NCBI GenBank assembly: GCA_046754465.1
Contig: JBHHVU010000031.1
Location: 1 to 35,817 of the forward strand
Origin: Nitrospinaceae bacterium
GTDB taxonomy: Bacteria > Nitrospinota > Nitrospinia > Nitrospinales > VA-1
Reading direction: 5' to 3'
DNA length: 35,817 nt
How positions within the stretch are numbered: the stretch's first letter is position 1; every line of letters starts with the position of its first letter. Below, piece by piece: positions 9,673 to 17,353 of the stretch. The notes beneath the pieces were generated by a model. It saw nothing but the letters and a program-made list of their open reading frames with translations. It did no database searches and was not told where the DNA came from. Position numbers and translations under genes: made by a program.

Positions 9673-10772
9673 GGCCGCGGGAATCCCTTTCCCCGGATTT
9701 GGGTATTCAATCCGGGTAGATATTTCTTCAGAATATCGCCCAAAGAGGCTAGTTCGGAGCGGTCCTCCAAGGTTTGCCGGACGTAGTCCAGGGTTGGGGG
9801 GATATATTCCAGATACCGGTCATTGCCGTTCACCACGCTTTGGTAGGCGAAAGTTCCCACCGCCTTTAAATTCCTCTGCACCGACATCCAGTCGAAAATT
9901 CTGTAAAATTCCTGCCGGTCCACCCGCCGGTCCACCTGCCTTTCCTTGAGGTCGATGAAGAGGTCGATCATTTCCCGGCGAAAATCATTTTCCAGACGAA
10001 CGTAGGAATCCTTGAGCAGTGAAACCAGATCATACTGGCAGGGTCCCATCCGCGCGTCCTGGAAATCGAGAATCCTGAGCCTGCCGTTTTGGACTATCAG
10101 GTTCCTGGAATGGTAATCCCGATGCGTGAAGCAGGGTTCCTGGGCCGCCAGGGTTTCGCAAAGCGATTGAAAGTGGCGGCGGATTTCACCGGTTGCATCC
10201 GCGTTCGGGAGGCACCCATTCAACCCGCCCACGTAATGCGTCAGCATGAAATCGAGTTCCCACATCAGTTTGTCAACGTCGAACCGGCGATGAAAGGCCG
10301 GACAATCGGGCGCGGCATTTTGAGTGGCGCGGCCGTGCAGGCGGGCAAGAAGTTCCACTGCCTTGCGGTAATACGTCCGGGTTTCCCCGGGATGGCCGCG
10401 AACCCGGTCTTCCAGTGTTGCCCGGCCGCAGTCCTCCAGAAACAGGAGTCCTTTCACCGAATCATAATAATACAATTCCGGGACGGGCAGGTCCAGGCCA
10501 CGCAGAAAATTTAATATCCGGGTAAAATCCGTCTCCGATGCGCCGGTGGGTTCTTTCAATTGCATGACAATCACCGACGCGTGGTCTTCCTCTGCAGGGG
10601 CCTTTTTGAAAGATACGCGAAAATAGGACCGGTCCGAGGCGTCCCCCGCCAACGAGTCACAAACCACTTCGCGCACCGGTGAACGGACGATCGACGGCAG
10701 GAACTCCAGTAGGAAATCCTTCCCGAAACGCGCGGGCGAATTGGGATCATCAAATGTGGGCGTGCGGGTCAT
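9669..10772 (-). CDS. amgK: AmgK-like MurNAc/GlcNAc anomeric kinase (APH/ChoK phosphotransferase family)
   Basis: LAGDASDRSYFR, HRDYHSRNL, LDFQDARMGP, YDLVSLLKD and QRNLKAVGTF motifs. Confidence 0.8.
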   Translation of the reverse strand: MTRTPTFDDPNSPARFGKDFLLEFLPSIVRSPVREVVCDSLAGDASDRSYFRVSFKKAPAEEDHASVIVMQLKEPTGASETDFTRILNFLRGLDLPVPELYYYDSVKGLLFLEDCGRATLEDRVRGHPGETRTYYRKAVELLARLHGRATQNAAPDCPAFHRRFDVDKLMWELDFMLTHYVGGLNGCLPNADATGEIRRHFQSLCETLAAQEPCFTHRDYHSRNLIVQNGRLRILDFQDARMGPCQYDLVSLLKDSYVRLENDFRREMIDLFIDLKERQVDRRVDRQEFYRIFDWMSVQRNLKAVGTFAYQSVVNGNDRYLEYIPPTLDYVRQTLEDRSELASLGDILKKYLPGLNTQIRGKGFPRP

Positions 10773-10804
10773 GGGGTCCGGGATAGAGGGAAAAATGAAT
10801 CCAT

Positions 10805-10833
10805 TTCACATTTGTTTCATCTTAAGATACAAT
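10805..10833 (+). promoter_or_regulatory. Putative sigma70 promoter for the ferredoxin gene
   Basis: TTCACA-N17-TACAAT, 32 nt upstream of the ATG at 10866. Confidence 0.6.
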
Positions 10834-10865
10834 CTTCGCTCTTCAGCAAATGTTTGGAGGAAACA

Positions 10866-11192
10866 ATGCCAAAACCAAATTACCATATCCTTGTTTGTGC
10901 AAACAAGAGACCGCCGGGTCATCCCAGGGGTTCCTGTGGAGAAAATCAGGCTGAGGCCGTCCTGGAAAAGTTTAGCATGGGCATCGAGGAAAAAATGCTT
11001 TTTGGAAAAACCATCCTTTCCACGTCTTCGTGTCTTGGGCCTTGCTCCATAGGGACCGTTGTGATCATTTATCCCGATTCCGTCTGGTACAACAAGGTCA
11101 AACCGGAGGACGTCGAAGAGATCCTGGACCAGCATATCGTTCAGGGAAAGAAAGTGGAGCGGCTGGAAATCCCCGATGAAATCTGGGGCTGA
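10866..11192 (+). CDS. Thioredoxin-like [2Fe-2S] ferredoxin
   Basis: GGAGG SD at 10856-10860; ILVCANKRPPGHPRGSC...SSCLGPC...IYPDSVWY pattern with four Cys ligands. Confidence 0.92.
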   Translation: MPKPNYHILVCANKRPPGHPRGSCGENQAEAVLEKFSMGIEEKMLFGKTILSTSSCLGPCSIGTVVIIYPDSVWYNKVKPEDVEEILDQHIVQGKKVERLEIPDEIWG

Positions 11193-11319
11193 CCTCCACG
11201 GGGGGAGGGAATAGTCCCAGAGGCGCGGGGAGGGAAGTCAGGGCTCGAATCCCTGTCCATCTTCCCATATAAGGTAATGCCTTTCAAACCCAACAGGGGA
11301 AGTTCTCCTCCGGAAAAAG

Positions 11320-11946
11320 TCAGGGCGGTCCGGTTTGGAGTTTTTCCGAAAGGTCTCTCCCCTTGCCCGCGAGATCCAGAATGCGGGTCCAGAGCTCCTT
11401 TCTTCCGGTTTTGTTTTTACTGGAAAAGACAATCAACTCCTTTTCACTCCCGCCAAAAAATACATTCCTGATTTTTTCGGCCCGCCGGGCTCGTTCGGAG
11501 GCTGAAAGCTTATCCGATTTCGTGGCAACGAGGAGGTAACGGATTCCATTCGCTTCCAACCAGTCTTTCAGGTCCAGGTCCAGGGGCGTGGGGTCCCGGC
11601 GAAGATCGATGATGAACACCAGGGCCGTCAGGGTTTCCCGCTGGAGAAGGTATTGTTCGATCATCCGTTTCCACTTTCGCTGAATGGCCGGCGGCACCTT
11701 GGCGAAACCGTAACCGGGCAGGTCGGCGAATATCAGCGCATCGTTGATCTTGAAAAAATTGATCTCCTGGGTTTTCCCCGGCGTGGAGCTGATCCGGACC
11801 AGTTTTTTCCGGTTCAGCAGGGAACGAATGAGGGAGGATTTGCCGACATTCGACCGGCCGGCAAACGCGAATTCGGGATACAAGCCGCGGGGGTATTGCC
11901 CCGCCGACACCGCGCCCTTGAGAAATTCCGCTGAAACGATCTTCAT
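11320..11946 (-). CDS. engB: Ribosome biogenesis GTPase YihA/YsxC/EngB
   Basis: GRSNVGKSS, TPGKT, DLPGYG and TKSDK motifs. Confidence 0.96.
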   Translation of the reverse strand: MKIVSAEFLKGAVSAGQYPRGLYPEFAFAGRSNVGKSSLIRSLLNRKKLVRISSTPGKTQEINFFKINDALIFADLPGYGFAKVPPAIQRKWKRMIEQYLLQRETLTALVFIIDLRRDPTPLDLDLKDWLEANGIRYLLVATKSDKLSASERARRAEKIRNVFFGGSEKELIVFSSKNKTGRKELWTRILDLAGKGRDLSEKLQTGPP

Positions 11947-13238
11947 GATTCAAACCGGTTGATCACCAGCCCCGATAATAATTTAGGATAAAAGAAAGTG
12001 GCTTTTTGCGGAAGGCGGATGCCATTTTCCGCCAATCGGCGCACCTGCGAAATTTTCGTCGGGTTCATGAAAAAAGCCAGATCGCAATCCCCAGAATCTA
12101 CCTTCTCCATCGCCTCGCCGATCTCCGTCGTGTAAGACACGTATTGCTGATTCCCACTCTGTTTCGTATCGATTCCCAAAAAGGATTTGATGATGATCGC
12201 ATGGAGCTGGGCCACGTCCAGAACCTTTAGCTCTTCCGGTTCATCCGGTTCCAGGAAGGGGAGGATACGTTGAGGATCCGGCAATCGTAATAAATAGCAT
12301 TTTCCTTTTCCCAGATAGGCGCAGAAAGCGATGCCGGATTCGCCCGCTTTTTCGAGCAGGGTCTTGACGCGTGACGCCGGTGTATCCTGCGCGAGGGTTT
12401 CCATCTCGAAAACCTCGCCGACGCGCAAAAGAAAATCCTGCCCTTCAAAGGGCGAAGGACACCGCACCATGCGGTGAATGGGAAAAATCGACATGGAATC
12501 CGAATCGAGATTAGTCAAGAACATCATCACGTGCGCCGCGTCGCTCACTTCGTGTCCGTGATTTTTAAAATAGGCCAGGGCGGTCTCATACCGGTGATGC
12601 CCATCCGCGATGTAAATTTTCTTGTCCTCAAAACTTCTTGAAATGAACCGGATGGACTCCCCGTCGGTGAGACGCCAGAAACGGTGGGAGACGGTTCCAT
12701 TTTCCACCGTAAACAAGGGAGGAGTCCGCAGGGTATCCTCCAGCTTTTGGTCGATCCTGCCCCGGGGATCGGAAAACAAGCCGAAGATGGGGCTGAAATT
12801 GGCACGGCAGGCTATCAGCAAACGCATGCGGTCTTTCTTCGCTTTCGCCAGCGTGAATTCATGCGGGCAGATGTTGCCTGTACTGAAATCTTCCAGTTTC
12901 ACCCGGGCGAAGAACCCGGTGCGGGTCAGGGATCGATCCCCGAATCGGTAATCCTGGCTGTAGACATAGAGCCCCGGTTCCCGGTCACGGGTCAGGATCC
13001 CCTGGTCGATCCATTCCGTGAAATCCCGGGCCGACCGTGTATAGCGGCTGTTCTGTTCCGTATCGCCGGGAAATTCCTTTCCCAGGATAAGACGAACCAC
13101 GTTGTAAGGACTTTTCAGGTAAAGTTCCTCCTGCGCCTGGGGCGTGATCACATCATAAGGAGGCGCGATAACCTTTTCCTGGGGGCCGATTTTTTCCGGG
13201 TTGTACAACAACCCCGTGAAGGGAACGACTTCTACCAT
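11943..13238 (-). CDS. DUF1015 family protein
   Basis: APPYDVI, PHEFT, ANFSPIF, IADGHHRYETAL and PQKATFFYPKLLSGL motifs. Confidence 0.92.
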   Translation of the reverse strand: MVEVVPFTGLLYNPEKIGPQEKVIAPPYDVITPQAQEELYLKSPYNVVRLILGKEFPGDTEQNSRYTRSARDFTEWIDQGILTRDREPGLYVYSQDYRFGDRSLTRTGFFARVKLEDFSTGNICPHEFTLAKAKKDRMRLLIACRANFSPIFGLFSDPRGRIDQKLEDTLRTPPLFTVENGTVSHRFWRLTDGESIRFISRSFEDKKIYIADGHHRYETALAYFKNHGHEVSDAAHVMMFLTNLDSDSMSIFPIHRMVRCPSPFEGQDFLLRVGEVFEMETLAQDTPASRVKTLLEKAGESGIAFCAYLGKGKCYLLRLPDPQRILPFLEPDEPEELKVLDVAQLHAIIIKSFLGIDTKQSGNQQYVSYTTEIGEAMEKVDSGDCDLAFFMNPTKISQVRRLAENGIRLPQKATFFYPKLLSGLVINRFES

Positions 13239-13329
13239 GACATAATGGGCAAGCCGGTTTCAGGATTCCTCCCACAAGCCCGGCCGGGGTTCCCCACCTT
13301 TCGGGGGAATGAAATGTTAACGGATTTTT

Positions 13330-13803
13330 TCATAACGCTTCACAATCGCAGAGTTCGCGGATGTAACGAACCAGGGAACCGATGGTGTCATCGTCCAGGG
13401 TATGTCCCCATGCGGGCATACAGGGCGCCCTGCCCACGGCCAGCCCTCCCAGCTTGATAGCGTCGAACAACTGCTGGTCGGTCCGGGTTTCCAGGTAGTC
13501 CGTCTTCGTGTGGTTTCTTGGCGGAACGGTCAATGATTTCGCGTTGATGCCGTCGCCATGGCCCATCGACCCGTGGCATTGTGCGCAATACCATTGGTAG
13601 GTTTTCCGGGTAGCGCCGGTCACTCCGGCGAGGGCCGGTTTCGGAATCTGGGGAGCCATGGCTTTTGGGGGTTCCGTTTTTCCGGCGGACGGCGCGGCCT
13701 GTTTTGATTCCGTCTCCCCCCCTCCACATGCGGAAAGCCCAACCATCATTCCCACAGCGAGGATTGCCCTCCACCTTCTTGAACGCTTTTCCATTCCCGC
13801 CAT
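13330..13803 (-). CDS. Monoheme c-type cytochrome lipoprotein
   Basis: Lipobox LSAC, Pro/Ala-rich linker, CAQCH, distal MPAW, C-terminal ELCDC. Confidence 0.9.
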   Translation of the reverse strand: MAGMEKRSRRWRAILAVGMMVGLSACGGGETESKQAAPSAGKTEPPKAMAPQIPKPALAGVTGATRKTYQWYCAQCHGSMGHGDGINAKSLTVPPRNHTKTDYLETRTDQQLFDAIKLGGLAVGRAPCMPAWGHTLDDDTIGSLVRYIRELCDCEAL

Positions 13804-13808
13804 GATGG

Positions 13809-14489
13809 CTATTTCCAGTCCCCTATTTTGAGTGACATGATGTATTTGGTCAGTTGCACCGCGGCTTCATCTTCCAGGTCAAACCGGGGCATCCGGCTTT
13901 TTCCCGGGATTTTCTCCGGCGATTTCAGTTTGTTGAATACCCAATCCGCCTGCAACCGGTTGCCGGCGTTGGCGAGGGAGGGGCCGGAGATACCGCCGCG
14001 GGGTTTGCCGGCGAGGTTGATTCCCTCATGACACGCGATGCACCCATAATTCCTTTCAAAAAGAATTTTCGCCTTCACCCGCTTCCCCTTGGTCAGGGGC
14101 TTATCATCCACTATACCCGAAACCGGGTCTGGCTGTTTCAACGAAAGCAGAAACCGGACCATTTCCCGGGCATCTTTTTCGGAAAGGGCCACATGGGGGC
14201 GAGCAAGCGTGGGTTTGCCCTCAAGGAATCCCGGATCCATCAAGTAACCCGCCTTGCGAATGACCACGGGTTTTTGCAGGAACTTTTCCAGCCAAGCCGA
14301 TTGAAATTTATCCCCTGCATAAAACAAATCCGGCGCCTTGGCGGATGCCTCCGGTGCGTCCGGGGAGAACCGATGGCACTCCGTACACCCATGTTTTTCG
14401 GCGGGCGAGGGGGTTGCCATGGCCGGGGCCATCAAGGCCGGTCCCGTCATCCAAATAAGGATTAATGCCATCCATCGGGTTATGGTCAT
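13809..14489 (-). CDS. Diheme c-type cytochrome
   Basis: Signal peptide; CTECH...APDL...PH and CIACH...GPSL...MPRF domains. Confidence 0.9.
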   Translation of the reverse strand: MTITRWMALILIWMTGPALMAPAMATPSPAEKHGCTECHRFSPDAPEASAKAPDLFYAGDKFQSAWLEKFLQKPVVIRKAGYLMDPGFLEGKPTLARPHVALSEKDAREMVRFLLSLKQPDPVSGIVDDKPLTKGKRVKAKILFERNYGCIACHEGINLAGKPRGGISGPSLANAGNRLQADWVFNKLKSPEKIPGKSRMPRFDLEDEAAVQLTKYIMSLKIGDWK

Positions 14490-17344
14490 TCTTGTTCTAC
14501 CGGTTTTTCCAAGGCTGGCATCCCGTTGGGAGACGGTTCACCCTGGAACATGTCCTGGAAAAAATCCAGTATGGGATTTTCTTTTTGAGGCGCGTTTGGA
14601 TCTTCCGGCTGATCCGGGGATGACGCGGGAAGATCCTCGACGGAAATCCGCCCTGAAAAAAATTCATTTCGATCCAGGTCATAATACAAATCTTCCAACG
14701 TACTTGGGCGGCCAAAACGCTTCTCCTTTTCCTCGTGTTTCCGATCGTAGGGGAATTCCCCCCGGATCAGGAGGCGGGGCAGCCTTTTTTCCCGCAGGTC
14801 GAGATAACGGAAGGCGCGGTAGGAGTCGGTCTTTTTTTTGAGCGCCGCGATTTCCTTCAGGTTTAAAAACCTCGCCTTTCTGGGGGGAAAGGCGGTTTGT
14901 AGCGGCTGGCCCCTGGAGGTCACCACCTGTTTGAGCTGGAACTCGCTGGGGATGTGATTTTGCGATTTCAGCTCGTCAAAAAATGTTTTGGCATCCTTTA
15001 TGGAATTTTTGAGGGGATCGCCCAGTCCCGCGGTCAGGGGGTTCCGGTGGCAGCTTTCGCAACTGCGCGCGGTCTTGCGTATCGTGTGCGGGGCGTGTGG
15101 CTGCAGGATCAGGCCCGGGTTGCCGCCGCGGGTTTGCAAAAGCTCCGCCCTTTTAAGCGGCGGCGGGCCTTTCCCGGGTCGGCCGGTCACGAAGTATTGA
15201 TACCTGGGTTTCATGACCGTGTATTTTCCCCACGGATTTTTGCCGAGGATGAGGCTGTCCCAGCTCGTTTCGGTTAAGACATCCCACCAAACCCCTTTGA
15301 TGTAGTTTCCCTCGATTCCGCCGGGACCCTCCACCGCCGTCACCCAATCCAGCATGGTTTTCGATCCGTTGTCAGGGTTTTGTTGGGAGATCAGGTGCTG
15401 CAGCGACGGATCGGAAAAACTCCAATCCCGCCATTTTCCCAGGTCCGGTTCCTTTTCGTAGATGAGGTGCATCCCCCAATCAGCGGCGGACCAGCGGGCA
15501 TGGCAGGTATAACATTCCAAAAGTGTCATGTGTCCTTCAATCTGGTGGGCGGGGGGCGGTTTGATGTCTTTCAGGATCGGGATAATGTGCTTGGCCCCCG
15601 TCACTTTGGAATAAAGGATCCATTTGTCTTTCACCCGTTTGATATGGTGCATCCGGGTTCCCTGGGAATTGACCAGAACGGAGTCCCCAAAGCCGATTTT
15701 TTTGACCAGATTGTGATTTCGGCGAATCGCCTGGATGATTGCCTTGGAGTTGGGATCCGATTCCAGGAGAAGGAACTCTTCCGGTGTGCGGAAGGGGGTG
15801 CCATGGCAATCCTCGCATTTGATGTCGATCTTTCTCTCCATGGGGGACGGGGCGGACGCCCCCTTGATATCCGTTCCCACGTGGCAGTCGATGCAATGCA
15901 TGCCGCGTTCCCGATGGATGTCGGGCACCAGAAACTCGTGTTCACTTCCATAAAGAACCGGTTTTTCGTCGTCGATGCGTTGCTGCGAGGATTTTGGCCG
16001 CGCGGGTTTGCTGAGCAGTCCTTCAAACTCATTTCCAACGCCGTTGGCGTTGTGGCAATGCTCGCACTGAACACTGGGGATGGCCAGCGTGAATTTGTGA
16101 AGGACCGGGTAACCGCGTGGGTTCTCCAGGGAAAGGGACGCGGATTTCCTCTGGAAAATTTTCCGGTGGATCTCTGCGGCGGCTCTTTGTTTCGACTGAA
16201 TGGCGCGGTCGCGGGTCAGGGTGGACCCGTCGTTGGCGTAGATCATGTGGCAGGCGGCGCAGCCGGTGGCGCGAAAATCCCCTGCCCGGTGAGGAGGATT
16301 CCCCTGAATGTGACAGCGCAGACATTTCGTCCGCAAAAACGAATCCACCGGGTGGCCTTTCTCCGGCGTGGGGGGAAGCTTTTCGTTCGTCCCCTTTTCG
16401 GGCAGCAAGGAATAGATATCCGTGTCCCGGGGTTGCGCGCCCCAGGCGTAACGGGTGATATTGATGATTCCCTTGGCCGTGGTCATCAGGGAGGCCCGGA
16501 CTTTTTCAATTTGGTCGGCGTGGCATTTCCCGCAGAATTTGGGCGCATGTTTCAAATCCGATGGGTTGGAAACCAACCCCTTGTGGGCCTGGGGAAGGGA
16601 TCGGGCTCTCCTGTTTCCTCCATGGCATTTGGAACAGCGGAAATTGTGGTTTTTGCTGATCTGCTCGATTCCCTGGTGGCAGGACAGGCATCCGTCACCC
16701 CGCTTCAGTTGAACCACCTTGCCGAATACATCGTTGATGGAAAAATTCGAGTCGCGGTAATAGTTCTCGATGAACTTGCCGGAATCCGAGTAGGAATTAA
16801 AACGAATCCCGTCGATGGTGATGCCCGGTTCCAAAACCTCGGCCGAATCCTCCTGGAATCCACGTACCGGAAAAAAGGGATCGCGGAAATCCCCGGCGTC
16901 GAGGTAATGCTTTTCCAGGGTTTGGGGCGTCTCCACCATTTTCTTTTCTTCCGGGGGGTGAACAGGCGGTGGCGCCTCTTCCACGAAGGTGGACTCCGAA
17001 AATCCTTTTTCTTCTTCCTGGGAAGATTCATCGGGGAGGGGTGGCCAGTTGAAAAATCCCCGTTCCTGATCTCCCGTTCCGGTATCTTCCGGCTGCGCGG
17101 CGGGAGGGGCGGACGGCGCTGGCCGGAGTTCCCCCGGGCCTGGCGATTTTATCGTCTCCTCATTGAGAGCCCCGGAGTCCGGGGTTTCGGGTGCCCGTGG
17201 CGGATTCTCCGTTGGCGCCAACTTCCGGGTATCTTCCGGTGCCATCAAATCCTCGATCCCCTGGGCCTGCAGCCCGGGGTTGAAAATCCCCAACAGGAAA
17301 ACGGACGAAAGGGTGGCGAGCCCGATTTTTTGAAAAGAGGTCAT
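14486..17344 (-). CDS. Large multiheme c-type cytochrome (10 CxxCH) with Pro/Glu-rich N-terminal region
   Basis: Signal peptide; CLSCH, CSKCH, CGKCH, CLRCH, CAACH, CEHCH, CIDCH, CEDCH, CYTCH, CESCH. Confidence 0.92.
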   Translation of the reverse strand: MTSFQKIGLATLSSVFLLGIFNPGLQAQGIEDLMAPEDTRKLAPTENPPRAPETPDSGALNEETIKSPGPGELRPAPSAPPAAQPEDTGTGDQERGFFNWPPLPDESSQEEEKGFSESTFVEEAPPPVHPPEEKKMVETPQTLEKHYLDAGDFRDPFFPVRGFQEDSAEVLEPGITIDGIRFNSYSDSGKFIENYYRDSNFSINDVFGKVVQLKRGDGCLSCHQGIEQISKNHNFRCSKCHGGNRRARSLPQAHKGLVSNPSDLKHAPKFCGKCHADQIEKVRASLMTTAKGIINITRYAWGAQPRDTDIYSLLPEKGTNEKLPPTPEKGHPVDSFLRTKCLRCHIQGNPPHRAGDFRATGCAACHMIYANDGSTLTRDRAIQSKQRAAAEIHRKIFQRKSASLSLENPRGYPVLHKFTLAIPSVQCEHCHNANGVGNEFEGLLSKPARPKSSQQRIDDEKPVLYGSEHEFLVPDIHRERGMHCIDCHVGTDIKGASAPSPMERKIDIKCEDCHGTPFRTPEEFLLLESDPNSKAIIQAIRRNHNLVKKIGFGDSVLVNSQGTRMHHIKRVKDKWILYSKVTGAKHIIPILKDIKPPPAHQIEGHMTLLECYTCHARWSAADWGMHLIYEKEPDLGKWRDWSFSDPSLQHLISQQNPDNGSKTMLDWVTAVEGPGGIEGNYIKGVWWDVLTETSWDSLILGKNPWGKYTVMKPRYQYFVTGRPGKGPPPLKRAELLQTRGGNPGLILQPHAPHTIRKTARSCESCHRNPLTAGLGDPLKNSIKDAKTFFDELKSQNHIPSEFQLKQVVTSRGQPLQTAFPPRKARFLNLKEIAALKKKTDSYRAFRYLDLREKRLPRLLIRGEFPYDRKHEEKEKRFGRPSTLEDLYYDLDRNEFFSGRISVEDLPASSPDQPEDPNAPQKENPILDFFQDMFQGEPSPNGMPALEKPVEQE

Positions 17345-17353
17345 TCGATCACT

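Noticed and set aside
9669..10772. Aminoglycoside resistance phosphotransferase
   Set aside because: GDAS.R.YFR and DFQDA..GP..YD..SLL.D motifs indicate the AmgK-like cell-wall recycling kinase group.
13290..13309. TTCCCC/GGGGAA hairpin as terminator of the cytochrome cassette
   Set aside because: No U-tract follows on the minus strand, so support for an intrinsic terminator is insufficient.
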